DNA of 64,000 nt from Xylographa opegraphella (lineage: Eukaryota), in the NCBI GenBank assembly GCA_022813865.1, contig JALDZX010000028.1, positions 124,001-188,000 on the forward strand. Direction: 5' to 3'. Positions 15,407 to 27,916 of the stretch are shown here, piece by piece. Position 1 is the first letter of the stretch; each line of letters begins with the position of its first letter. The translations under genes were made by a program, and so were the position numbers. The notes below the pieces were generated by a model, which ran no database searches, was not told where the DNA came from, and saw only the letters and a program-made list of their open reading frames with translations.

Positions 15407-18326
15407 ATGACTACACAACCTAGCAGCAAAGACATCTCCGACTTCATCGAAATTACACAAGCTCCGCAAGATGTCGCGGTCAAATGGCTACGGGTTAGTG
15501 TCCAAACACTTCACCGTGGAGAGATTGTCCAAGCTAATGTTGATTGTTAATGGTAGGAGAACAATAGTCAAGCGGAGGCAGTCAATGCTTACTTTGAAAA
15601 CCTCTACAATCCTGTACCTCAGGTACGAAAAAGACCGCTGTGGGAAAGTTTAAGGTTGCGCAGCTAATAGCATTCGTCCAGATCAATAGTGAATGGGATG
15701 AAAATGCTTTCCACACGGACAAGACAGCTTACGGTCCGGAAAACCAAACCCAAAGATGTAATAAGTTTTCCATATAGCCTTCCAAAAGTCAAAGCCATAT
15801 TGGTCTCGAACACCAGCGAAGGATAGAACTGACTGTGGATTCGTCTCTAGCCTTCAATGTTCACTCACAAGATACACTGAATCCTGCAGTCTTTGATGGC
15901 ACGATCTCACGACCGCCATCTCGAATCAGCAACAGGGCATTTGCCAACTCGAACAGTTGTAAGATCAAACCTCATGCCCTAAGTTCACAGTGTACTCAAT
16001 GCCTGCGTAGTGCCAAGTCAAAATCAACAACTCAGTTCGGCAGAACAGGAGCATCAGAATATTCAAAAAGCATTGGCAATGTCTATTAGTGAAACAATGC
16101 CAGCACAAGAAGTCGGCGTTACTGACGGTACTGGAGCGCATTTTGGACCTGCCACCGATGCTTACTACGATAACGACAAATGGGCAATGACCGCCGCCAG
16201 GACCCATGCACAGGAAATATTGCAAAATCCTGATCCACAATTTCGGATGCGCGAAAAGGGAGCTCCCGCATTCTTAAAGCCATCGCTCGCAGGGCATTAC
16301 GTACCAGCACTTGTCACGATACTTCATGCTATCCCTATGGCCCGAGAAGCTCTGCTTTCTAGAGATTACATGCTATCAGACTATGGAAAGAGCGATGAAT
16401 GGTGGGATGGTCTGCCTATAGAGAGCCCTCAGATTTTCAACCTTGATCAAACTATTGATGAGACCAAACGGGAGGAAATAGTGTTTGAGTTTCAAAGACT
16501 CATGGCATTTCTCGATGAGACCGAGCGGGCTTATGGTAGCGCTGATGTGTTGGTGAATATGGAAGGAACTCGACACGTTCACATGGGTGATGTTGAAGGA
16601 AGACTGCTTCAAATATGGTCGGAGAGTGTCGCAAGGGCAATGCCAGATTATGAACTGCGTACAATATTCGAGACGTCTGCTTCTGAGGACCTCAACGACA
16701 GAATCATCTACGCACTGGACTTGCCGATTGACAGTTTCTTCCTGGATAGTGGCTCCACGCTTTATGATGCTCTTGACGCTGCTATCTGGACTGGCTTCAA
16801 GGCGACTGATGATGAGGCCATATACCTGGAAAGGGTTCCGGATGTCCTAGTCATTAAAGCCCGTCGTTCTGGTGGAACAGGAACTGGGATCGGAGTCAAG
16901 GTTCCTGCAACATGGTATGCTGATCGATATCTCAAGGAGTCACTGGTGGCAACAAAGGAAATGCGGCTGACGAGGGAGTCCGTCATGGATGAGATTACCA
17001 AGATTGAACACTCGCAGGCAAATCTGGCCAAGTTTCAAGTCTCTGGTGCCGATGGAAAGCTTGTTGATACAGCGAAGCTTCTGAGGGTCGCAAAAGCTCA
17101 TTTTGAGAGCTCTCCTGCGTCTCGGATTCTCAAACAGCCATTACAGAACGGTGTCAGTGAAGCTTCGGACTCTGCTTCTACTTCGCCATCCTACTCCGAA
17201 ATCGCGGAACAGCTGCAGGTTGTTGCTGAAAGAGTCTCCCAGAAGCTCAAAGGCAAGTCCATACTTGCACGTCAAAGCCGAAACATGACTTGCTGATATG
17301 TTCTCTGTAGCTTTGGAACATTCCAAAGATCAAGCAGTTGAGAAGTTGCGAGAATTGTCAAAATTATATACGAAACCATCAGAGAACATAGACGACCCGC
17401 CACACCACAAGTATACTTTACGTGGTGTCTCCACGAACCAAAACACCACATACGTGCTCGCGAACCCCAACGGGCCCGGAGATTTGATGAGTTCGGGGCT
17501 GGAGGAATGGCAATGGTGGAAGATTAGCTATTCTGTCGGTGATGTACACCCTATATCGTACGCTGTAGGTTTCCAAATGATCTTCACTTGCTTGCGCAGT
17601 CTTTCATCTGCAGTGCTAGCTGACCTACATTTTACTTCATTAGAAAGTGCGCGAGGTTGAGGTACTTAAGGCAGCCAGAGATGAGTCGCACAAGGCCTTA
17701 CTTGTTTATGCCAGCCAAAAGGCATTATCGTACCAGGAGGAACGGATACCAGATCAATTGATTGTATGTATACCGATTATAGTTATGATACGTCTGCTAA
17801 GTAATGGTAGAATTTTGTACGTGCGGATAATCTAGCATTCGAAACCGAACTTTCCAAAGCTGCAGCTAAGGCCACAACTCCTACAAAACGTAAAGCTGCC
17901 AGTTCTTACGATGACGGGGCCGGAATGGATGAGGTCAATTGGGGAGGATATCAGGAACCAACGCCCGTCCTCAAGGACCTGCCAATGGCACCACCGCCGC
18001 CTTATCCACGGAACAGGTCATCTCCTGAACTCCATTGTTCTACAGCTGCACAGAACAACATTCGGCCTCTGGTAGACTACGATGAACCGATGCCCCTTGG
18101 CTCGCAGATACCTGAAGCTACGATGGATCCGCAAGACATGGAATATGATGACATAGATCTGCTTGGAGCCGGAGATAATGACGAGGCCATGGAAGAGCGT
18201 CGAGAAGGCCTGGGTGTGGTTCCTGGCGGTACAGGGCTGGGCGTGGGAGCGTATGCGCTTGGCAGCTATAAGCCGGAAATAGCCCTGTCCGACTTTGAGG
18301 AGGATGGGAAAGGAACTTCGGAATGA
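15407..18326 (+). CDS. Ubiquitin-interaction-motif (UIM) protein with a UBA-like N-terminus, multi-exon
   Basis: N-terminal ISDFIEITQAPQDVAVKWLR, UIM-like EQEHQNIQKALAMSISE, FQRLMAFLDETERAYGS and YTLRGVST. Several spliceosomal introns, including a GC-AG intron at 17253-17310. Confidence 0.75.
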
Positions 18327-18678
18327 TCGTTCACTTCAGAAGATACCCGCCGAGCATGCATCGGTCGCTGTACACTGCACAGCACAAGTTTAGATACCTC
18401 CTAGCTCTGGGATCACCACGAGCTCGGTAATTTGAGTTTGACCTGCTCATCATGATTTCTGACATCAGCGCTGCTGCTGCAGACACAATTCAAATCCCAC
18501 GTATATACATGGGATCCAGCAGACCTTGGGCGTGACCTGTCTTCGTCGTTTCCTCTGTTGTCTCGCGTCGGCCACAAAACAGCTGCAGGCTTGCAGCATA
18601 TTGCACTTCCACCGTTCCGGCGCATTTTCACCAACCGACCATTTTCTGCTCCTGCTCGAGGAATCCTCCACCCTCACC

Positions 18679-19170
18679 ATGCACGTCTCCCCACTTCTCG
18701 TCGCCTTCGCCCTCGCCGCCCTCTCCCTCGCCGCCGCCCAAGTCATCTCCCGCTCCAGCCCCTACGCCACCGACACGCAATGTCAGCGCATCGCCAGCGA
18801 ACAATCCCCTCTCGCGCCTCCGGCTCCTACGACCACGGAAAACAGCTACCCTTCCGCGCCTCCCAGTACCCACAACGCCTCACCGGCCACCATCCTCCTC
18901 CCCCGACAGGAGCTCCCCTCCCCAACCACGCTCGCCACGCTCCCTCACGACCAGCACTGGGAGCGTAGCAAGGCCGTCGAGTGGCACAGGCCCGGCCGGG
19001 AGTCGCGCACGGCGGATGGGCCGGTGAAGGAAGGGAGGGGGAGTGTGGTGGTGGCGGAGCGGGCGGTGGGAGGGGAGGGGGCGAGGGGGAAGCCGGTGCC
19101 GGGGATGCCGGCGCAGGGGGAGCTGGGGTGGGGGTTTGGGAAGGAGGGAGGGGAGGGGAGGAGGGTTTGA
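18679..19170 (+). CDS. Orphan putative small secreted protein (163 aa)
   Basis: ATG in CACCATG context; signal-peptide-like MHVSPLLVAFALAALSLAAA-Q, then Pro/Thr/Ser-rich and Gly-rich low-complexity sequence. No family recognised. Confidence 0.45.
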   Translation: MHVSPLLVAFALAALSLAAAQVISRSSPYATDTQCQRIASEQSPLAPPAPTTTENSYPSAPPSTHNASPATILLPRQELPSPTTLATLPHDQHWERSKAVEWHRPGRESRTADGPVKEGRGSVVVAERAVGGEGARGKPVPGMPAQGELGWGFGKEGGEGRRV

Positions 19171-20121
19171 GTGAAGTTAGCTGGAGAGGAATACAGATGG
19201 TACAATAGTGGATGGGGAGGTTGGACTGCGGAGCTTCTGATGGTTATTGAGGTTTGCATGAAGGATTGGGTAATGACCAATTAATCGTTGTGATCGTCTT
19301 TTAATACTTGCTTTGCCGATTGAACTTTGGAACCACGCCGTGATAGAAACTGTTCTGTGCATTCACTAGGAAATCGGCTGTACGTGATTCGATGCGACAG
19401 GGTGTCATGGGTCGGTAGGATAGAGCGGGGGGGAACGGAGGACAGTATCGGCATTGATATCTGTCGAATGGGGTCAATATCGCAAGCATTATTCCGACAC
19501 ATTTGCCACCTTATGGCCTGGCTTCAGGGAGCTTTGTTGTGGATGCGGACCATGCGTCCGCCTGTTCACAGGAAATACTTCCGAGTCCCGATGGGGAGCA
19601 TCGGCTCACTGACCAATGGGAGGCGTCGACGCCACTTCAGGCTTGCTCGGTAGCGGGGCGCTTGCCAACCTAGGATAGCTGCGACCCCGGTAAGTGCCAC
19701 ACTACCTTCATTGGAGCTAGAACTCGATTGAACTAGGCTTAGACTGGACGTGAAACGAAACGCGTCGGGAGTGTACAGAAGAAGACAGGCAACAGGAGAC
19801 GAGGGCTTGGCGGGCTGATTGCAGGCCTGTTCTTCGATCTGATAAGACAAGACAGCCGGTGGCGCTAATGCAGCTTCATTGCCTGACGCTCCTCGGTGGG
19901 AATGTCAACGTAACTCGACGCTCTTGCCCCTCTCCTTCCACACCGCTGCAACCCGTTCGGGTCGATTTGGTCATGATGATATCAGGAACCTTTCCTTCAC
20001 GGACTCTTCCTTTAAGAGCGGGGTCAAGCAATGTGCCCTCTCTCGCCTCTGCACTCGCTCCCACCTCTGTCTCTCGCCATCACGTCTTTGCTGTGGACCA
20101 CTGTCTGACGTGTCCTCCAAC

Positions 20122-22262
20122 ATGGCTTCTCAAATGTCGGGAAACAACCCTCTCCAGCATCCCATCCAGGCAGCTGCCGGAGCTCTGGGCAGCATGGGAG
20201 TAGACCCCCGAGCCGTGCAGAAGTCGTCCTTCTTCCAGGGGGCCAATGCGGGCCCGGCAGAGACAGCGGCCATGATTTCTGGAGTGGTCACTGGAGGCAA
20301 ACGTGAGGATGATGGGCCTTACTTTACCAACAACGAGGGCATCCCGTGGCCAGATCCGTGAGTAACGGACCTTGATTCGGCAGCCTCAATACTGATCCTG
20401 ACTTCAATCAGAGCTCACAGTAAGACTGTTGGAGGTATCCCAATTGCCAGTGATACATTCTTGTTCCAGAAGCAACAGACCTTCAATCGATCCAAGAACT
20501 TGGAGCGTGAGTTGACTGGAACTCCTTGCTGTCGCTGTACGCTAACGTAGTAACATAGGCATGGTTCACCCTTGCGGCAGTGGAGCTTTTGGATTTTTCG
20601 AAGTCACCCACGATGTCTCGAGTTTGACGAAAGTAAGATCGCCGAAGTGTCCAATGCAATGATACTTACGTCTCTACAGGCTAATTTCTTGAGCGAAGTC
20701 GGAAAGAAGACTCCCATTTTCATGAGATTCTCCACCGTCACTCTAGGCAGGGAATTTCCGGATCTCGCACGTAATCCGCGTGGCTTTGCAGTCAAGTTCT
20801 ACACCGGAGAGGGCAACTATGATATTGTCGGTCTCAATTGGCCCATCTTCTTCTGCCGTGATCCCATCCAAGGCCCAGATGTCATCAGGTCACAGTCGCG
20901 GAGGCCTGATAACTTTCTTTTGGATTACGACTCGCTTTTTGATCTACTTGCCTGCACTCCCGAAGGGCAAGTTCCACGAATTCACCACAGGGGCTCCTGC
21001 TGACTGATCCTAGCAACCATGCTGGCCTGATGTTCTTCAGCAACCATGGTACGCCTCAAGGCTGGAGAAACAACCACGGATATGGGTAAGCTTTCTCGCA
21101 TTACGTATTTTTCAACACGTTCTTACACGATCCCAGCTGCCATACCTTCAAATGGGTGAACAAGGATGGCAAGTTTGTCTACATCAAGTACCACTTCATT
21201 GCGAAGCACGGTCAGAAGCAATTCACGGCAGAGGAAGTCCTTAAATTGTCTGGCGAGGATCCCGACTATTCGAAGAAGGAGCTCTGGGAGGGAATCGAGA
21301 ATGGAGAACAGCCCGAGTGGACAGCCAAGGTCCAAGTGATGGAGCCCGAGGAGGCAGACTTTGAGAAGCTCGGCTTTGATCCGTTCGATGTCACCAAAGT
21401 GTGGCCTAGGGATCAATTCCCGGTTCGTGAAATGTATATTATTTGACCTGACTTAGCTAACGTTTCAGATGCACGACTTTGGCCGGCTAGTCCTTAACAA
21501 GAACCCGGAGAACTTCCACCGTGATGTCGAGCAGGCAGCTTTCTCACCCGGCAGTTTGGTGCCAGGAATTGAAGACAGTCCCGATCCTCTGCTCCAGTTC
21601 CGCATGTTCTTCTACCGCGACGCACAGTACCATCGCATTGGTGTCAATTTACACCAGATCCCTGGTAAGAAGAACTCCGCTCGACCGTTACACCCGTGGC
21701 TTCACCACCGTAGCTAACCGTGCCTCCAGTCAACTGCCCCTTCATGGCCTCCTCGTACGCCTCCCTGAACTTCGACGGCCCCATGCGTGTCGACGGCAAC
21801 CACTCCGGCAACCCACAATACGTGCCCAACAGCTTCAAGCACAAGTTCCGCCCCGACACCGCCGAAGCGCCCTACCAAGTCTCCGACAACATCGTCTCCC
21901 GCAAATCGCACTACGGCCACGAGGGCAAGCTGTCCGAGTACGACCAGGCGCGCGAGCTGTACGGCCGCGTCATGGACGACGACGCGCGCGCGCACACGCA
22001 CAAGAACACCGCCAATATGCTGCGCCACGTCAAGTTCCCCGTCATCCAGCAGAAGTACCTCAGCCAGATCTACAACATCGCGCCCGAGTACTCGCGCGCC
22101 GTGTACGACTTGCTGCCGAAGCAGGCCTTTGCCTTTGGGGACGTCGAGGCTGGGGCTGAAGGCGCGCAGACGGCGTATAAGGAGCGGAAGTTCCGGCCCA
22201 GCGAGGGGGATCGCTTGGTTGGGTATGCGCCTGCGAATCCGATATATCAGATGTATACCTAG
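20122..22262 (+). CDS. Monofunctional heme catalase-family protein with an atypical active site, multi-exon
   Basis: ERMVHPCGSGAFG, RFSTV, RGFAVKFYTGEGNYDIVGLNWPIFFCRDP, PFDVTKVWP, VEQAAFSP and proximal RMFFYRDAQYHRIG. About 7 introns, including a GC-AG intron at 20967-21013. Confidence 0.92.
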
Positions 22263-22424
22263 GAAGGCGGGGGCGGGGTGGATAGGTGCATGAGGTGGCG
22301 GTTAGGGGAACAGAGAATGATGAGTGTTGCTCCGTGAGGTTTCTCGGAAGCAAGTATGGTTCTGTGAATGGGTGCGTCGTGGTCTAGTCGCTGGGTTAAG
22401 GTACCTTAGCTAAGCGCTTAGATA

Positions 22425-23472
22425 CCATACCATCCCATACCATCCCATACCATCCCATACCATCCCATACCATCCATATATCTACCTTCTTACACTACCG
22501 TACATTACCTTACCCTTCACGCCGCGTACTGAACCGCTCCGCTCGCGCATGACGGGCTGCTGAATCCGCCCCCCCGCCCCCCACCGGCCGGGCCGCTGGA
22601 GATGTCAGCTCGTCTGTTTTCATGCCCATGCCCATGCCCATTGCGTAAGGTCGGATTGGTGTAAGTGTAAGGTAAGCGTAAAGTAAGCGTAAAGTAAGCG
22701 TAAAGTAAGGTACCAGAGCCCGCGCCATAGCCTAGTATAGCCCGTTCCGTCCCCAAGCCCATGCCCATCCCGCGTCTGAGTCTGAGTCTGAGTCTGAGTC
22801 TAGTCCGCCCCGGCACTATTCCAGTCTCGGGCCTGCCGCACCTCGTTACGTCGTGTCCGGTGCGTTTACATTGCAATTGCGTTTGCGTTGCAGGCCCGTT
22901 CTTCGCCGTGGTTGGGTTTGTGGATGGGATGGGGCTAGGGCATAGGTAGGGATGAGGGATGAGGTATGGGGCAAGAGCGGGTGGAATTATTTGCGTGTAG
23001 ACATAGATATAGACGCAGATATAGACACAGATATAGATACAGACACAGACGCAAATACCGCCCCCAACCCCCCACGGCCCGGGCTGAAACACACAACCTC
23101 CCTCAGCACTCGACATCCAGGCTTGAAAGCGCAGCGCCTGGCAGGGCAGCAGGCACCGGGCCGCATATCGTCAGCCACAGCCACAGCCACACACACGAAG
23201 CATTGAAGGAGGGCGGAAGGAAAGGGAGACAAGGGAGTGGGGGCACCCAGTTTTTCATCACGAGGGCAGCGACACGGGCACACATGCGTCTATCCGGGCC
23301 CCGCCACACCACCACCACCAGCACCACCACCACCATGGGCGCACCGCAAGAGGGGGCACGCACCCCAGCTCGGTCAGAAGCACAGCGATACACTCTCGTG
23401 GCGCGTGCACGGAAGGATTATGGATTAGACAGTACAGTACAGTACAGTACAGTACAGTACAGTACAGTACAG
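22425..23472. repeat. Cluster of simple tandem repeats between convergent genes
   Basis: (CCATACCATC) about x5 at 22425-22478; (GTAAGCGTAAA) x3 at about 22672-22708; (TCTGAG) x4 at about 22776-22802; (ATAGAY)n at about 22998-23050; (CAGTA) x8 at 23430-23472. Confidence 0.9.
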
Positions 23473-23819
23473 AGAGCGCGATCCCGCAAGCAAGCAAGCT
23501 CGCTCGACCGCCCGCGCGCCGGAGCCAGAAAGCTAGTGCACGCCCCCGACCTGGATGTAGAGAGTGAAAGAAGGACACGCGTGTCGTACATGATACATAT
23601 TAAAGTGTAAAGCGGACATTAAGAAGAAGAAAACAGCAGGAGATCGATCATGAAGACCATGCACGCTCGCTCGGACATAGACGAGCGGGATAGATGAAAG
23701 AGAGCAAGGGCGCGGTGAGGATGCCCTGCGTCGAAGAACACAAAGCGACACGTAAAGGACCCCCTCTTGGGCCATAGAGGACCATGGGGGACGCGTCACA
23801 GCACAGGAGATCGAAAACT

Positions 23820-24798
23820 CTACTCGCTCTCCCCGTCCGCGCTGATTTCCCCTCCGTCATCCTCCTCGATCCCACGCGATCGTAACCGGGCTTTCAGTTT
23901 CTCATTCTCCTGCCACGCCTTCTGCATTCCTTCCTTGTAGACCCCGTTCTGGGTCGTCAGCTCCGCCAAGGCCTGCTCGAGGACGACCTTCTCCAACGTG
24001 CGTTTGTTGACCAAGGTGTCTTGCTGTTGTTTCAGTTCAATGATGTAATTCACCGCTCGTTGCAATATGGAGCCTTTGTTCTTCTCGCAGCCGGGTACAA
24101 TCTTGGCCAACTCGTTGATGCCTTCGTTGATCGTCTCACGGCGCCGGCGCTCCACTATAGCATGGTAAGCAGTTTGCTTCAGAAGATCCCCGGCAAGGAT
24201 CGCGAAACGAACCTTCTTTGTGATTGTCCCTGCGGACTTTGTGCCACTCGTCCGTACCGACCGCTGGCTTCATCGCACCGTTATTCGACGCTTCACGTGC
24301 AGCTTGAACTTGAGCCGCTGTTCCGCCTACCGACGTGAACGGTCCGAGATTGTAAGCGGAGTTTGGGTTGTGGTTCTGACCGATATCGGAATCACCAATG
24401 TCGAACGAAGTATCCATCTGGCGCTCGCCATCCGTTCCAGTCCCCTGACTCACGAAGGAGAGAGTCGAGGTCTCGGGACCGCCCAGGTGAGCTGCCAGAG
24501 CGGCGGCGGCGGTCGAGCTCACATCGATTTGCGTATGGGCCGCATTCTGGAGTTGTTGATGAAGTGCTGCAAACTCGTTGGAGTTGTCTGAGAAGGATTC
24601 TCCCGACGAGCCATTCATGAGGTCGCCGTTCCCATTCATGTTCGATAGTGAGGCACGCTTGCTTCCAAGTTCGTCGCCATTCTGGTCCATGGAGCCCCTC
24701 TTCCGTTTCTTGGACGCCATGGATTGGATCACCTCGCTGATATCGTCCTGGATTCGAGTTCGTTCCTCGTCTGGATAGTTCAATTGGTTGGGCATCAT
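23820..24798 (-). CDS. CBF1: bHLH-zipper transcription factor, Cbf1/Cpf1-like, 2 exons
   Basis: Removing intron 24155-24212 gives KPAVGTDEWHKVRRDNHKEVERRRRETINEGINELAKIVPGCEKNKGSILQRAV, the signature of fungal Cbf1 homologues. Confidence 0.9.
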
Positions 24799-26494
24799 GA
24801 GTGCGGTTGGCCTGGTTGATGTGGGTGTAAATCGTCACGAGACGGTTTCAGGAGCAATGGTTCAGGACGGTCGGTAGCTAGACGAGCAGTATATGGTATT
24901 TGGACTCGTTACACGAGGCACAGCTTTGCTCGACGGGCAGCCGCGCAAACCTAGAGGTCCTGGTCTCTTACGAACGCTTGCGAAGGAAGCAGTTCGTGGC
25001 TGGACAGCCAAACGAGTATTGGCCCGAACGGTCCGGGATGGAGGACAAAGTCGCAAGCATGAGCTGGCGATTGACTTCGGACGAAGGCGGTTCGCGTTCG
25101 TATTGGGTTCCCGTCTAGATTGGAGAATCGGAAGCGTCACGGCGCAGGAGTTTGCACGTCGAGACCTTTATTTGCGGTTGACGTGCACACTGGGAATCGC
25201 CATGTCAGCAGACGCACCGCACGTGGATTGCTGCGAAATCGCAGTTAGGCAAAGGGCCTTGCAAACAAGCGCGTGTTCATGCTTCTGATTGTGCAGGAAT
25301 CGAAAAGGGTGTCTCTGGCAGAGCGGTCTTTCGGTCGTGCGAACGACGGCGCACCACCGGCAAGGAAAGACATTCTGCGATAGAGCTAAAAGGGCAGTGG
25401 TACGATAGCGCAGGAGATGGAGGAGGTCGAGGCTGTCAGATGGTCTGATCATGCCTCGCGACTTTGCAGCCATCACCCTCAGGCCGTTATCACGACCAGC
25501 CCACACAAGCCCAAGGTTGTGCGACCGTTCGTGGTTGCGGGCAATGCGCGGGCGGACCCCGTGATGCGTCAGGTCAGATGACCTCGGAAGACAAGGAGGA
25601 ACTCACCCACCTTTTTTACTTTAATTCACGCGCGTGTTGATTGACGGAAAACGTACAACGGTTCGCGACGAGAGAACAGAGGATAGAAACTGGATGATCT
25701 CTTGTTGCACGAGTGGGGGGAGAGGAGAGTTTATGGGAGGGGAGAGGTGATGGAGCAAGGAGCAAAGAGAGGCTGCACCTTTTCGATAGGAGTCAAGAGA
25801 AGTCCAGAAGATGGCGGGTTTTGGTCTTGAAGAGGCCCGATAGAGAGAAGCGAGACATGATGGAAGGAAGCTCTTTCGGGCTTCCAAGTCACATGCTCGT
25901 ATCGACGCCCGCTGATTGGTGCAACGGGACCAGCGGGAGGGAGGGTGAAAGGGTGGGATGGGTACCGTATAGGGGAAGGCGTGGAGTGGGTGGAATGGTG
26001 GGAAAAGGCGGGGAGAAGTGGCTGTGTGATATGCAGACGGCGCATATTGGTATACAGACGCCGCGTATTTCAAAAGGTTCGGCTCGATCTGGAATATCTT
26101 GTGCCCGCGGTTTCGCTTCTGGACGGTCCACGCTCATCGCCATAGCCGCATGCCATGACCTGTCTCAAGATTCAGTCTCATACGGGCTGCGGCGTGAGGT
26201 GGGAGGAATGAGGAAAGGAAGTGCAGTCATCTACCCAACGGCCGACAGAAGCAAAACTTCGGACAAAGGGTAAGGTACAGTAGTCTACATCAACCCGAAA
26301 CTTTCCGCCCTAGAAACCTTCAGCGTGCATACGTCACCCATGCAAGCAATGTCTTCCCTTCTACGGGCAGTATCGCGGCCAAGTACTTTTGTTCCTCTTC
26401 ACCCCACCGCTGTCGACTGGAGTGTGATGCGCACAAGCACCGATGTCTTGTGGTTATCCACCAATGGACTTCCAGTCGGACGAGGACACAGTGT

Positions 26495-27916
26495 TCATTC
26501 GGCTCTTGCCCATGCATCAATGAGCACGGATGAGGACGCTCGTCGAGTCTTGTCCCCGATGAAAGCGCATGGCACGTAAACGGGGAGGTCGTCTGCCTGG
26601 GTGGCAATCACCAAACCAGGCGCTCCAAACGGCCACACCACATTCCCCGATACCAGGATCGTGAGCTTCGAGTCTCGGGGCAGCGACGTCTGGGGGAACA
26701 CGAACCCGTCCACCACCGTCACATATTCCGGACTTCCCGTAAAGTCAATGGAGACGAGCGTCTCGTAGACCAGGCCCGCCAGCGCCTCGTCGCTGTCGAA
26801 TGCACGACCTGACAGTTGGAAACGCTGCACGATGATCTCCTTTCCAGACACGCCGACGCTTTCAGAGATCTCGTGGGTGAGCATTTCGCAGAGCCAGAAC
26901 CCGGCCGTGTCATAGTAGCCGCTTGCCGAGTCGCCGTAGCTGTGCCACGCCAAGATCGACTTCATCGGGCCAGGAGCAGGACGCCATCGCCGGCCTACTC
27001 GGTCCTCTCGAACCGTGGAGGCGTAAATGAACGAGTAGTCATTCTTCCGCTCACACATCCTCATGAATCGATCCGATACCTCGGCAACCGTAGCACCGCC
27101 AGCGCCCCACGTGGAGACGGTCGTGATTGCTCCCATCATTGCATAAAAGTAATTCTGAGGCTCCCCAGCACGATAGACACGCCTATCCATATTCGACATC
27201 ACCTGAAGAGCGGAGATGTTCAAGGGCGCGTTGCACCGCCAAACTAGCATACTGTCTTCGAATGCGGAGAGTCGGGGAAAGAGTTTCTGTACTTGGAAGC
27301 TGGTGACCTTGTGCTTCCGTCGGTATAGTTCCAGGTAGAAGGCGAGGCCGTGGAAGAAGTCGCTCGCCTCTACTATAAGCCCGGCCATGCTCCGGTCAAA
27401 GCTGACGAAACTCGGCCTTGAGTTGACGAGCTCCTGATACGTCCACACGCTGGCAATCCACTCATCTTGCTCGAGCAGCTGGAGCACATCCTCGTCGAGA
27501 GGGCCTGTCATTTCCATGTTCTTCATGACCGAATATACTGGCTGGGACAATGTGACGACCACCTCTGTTGCGTGAGCGTAGATGTACCCCATACTCTCCA
27601 GGGTCGCTTGCCGCTGAGTTCCCGATTGTGGGATACATATCGCATCCACCCAATAACCGTCTACTTCGTGACCACGAGTGGCCATCATCACAACCTCCAA
27701 CGCCTCAATCGTTCGGTCAGAAATCGTGTTGATGCTATCGAATGGATTCAGGCTTCGTCCAGACCCCCAGAGATATGAGATGCAGATGTACTTGGCCGTA
27801 GCCTCAGAGACGGAAGTACTCGAAAGAGTTGTCAGTTGCCATTTTTTGCCATCAAGGACGACTATTGGAACGGTGCTATCCGACTGCATGGCCTGCACAA
27901 TCAGACGCAGCTCCAT
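26495..27916 (-). CDS. HET (heterokaryon incompatibility) domain protein, intronless
   Basis: 473 aa ORF with HET motifs YICISYLWG, YWVDAICIPQ, MGYIYAHATEVVV and WTYQEL. Confidence 0.85.
   Translation of the reverse strand: MELRLIVQAMQSDSTVPIVVLDGKKWQLTTLSSTSVSEATAKYICISYLWGSGRSLNPFDSINTISDRTIEALEVVMMATRGHEVDGYWVDAICIPQSGTQRQATLESMGYIYAHATEVVVTLSQPVYSVMKNMEMTGPLDEDVLQLLEQDEWIASVWTYQELVNSRPSFVSFDRSMAGLIVEASDFFHGLAFYLELYRRKHKVTSFQVQKLFPRLSAFEDSMLVWRCNAPLNISALQVMSNMDRRVYRAGEPQNYFYAMMGAITTVSTWGAGGATVAEVSDRFMRMCERKNDYSFIYASTVREDRVGRRWRPAPGPMKSILAWHSYGDSASGYYDTAGFWLCEMLTHEISESVGVSGKEIIVQRFQLSGRAFDSDEALAGLVYETLVSIDFTGSPEYVTVVDGFVFPQTSLPRDSKLTILVSGNVVWPFGAPGLVIATQADDLPVYVPCAFIGDKTRRASSSVLIDAWARAE

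Noticed and set aside
22510..23800. Several 100-214 aa ORFs between the catalase and CBF1
   Set aside because: Their translations simply mirror microsatellites (STVQY, DIDTD, LRLR repeats).
25220..25225. CACGTG E-box upstream of CBF1 (possible autoregulation)
   Set aside because: A single hexamer lacking the 5' T of the TCACGTG site preferred by Cbf1; expected by chance.
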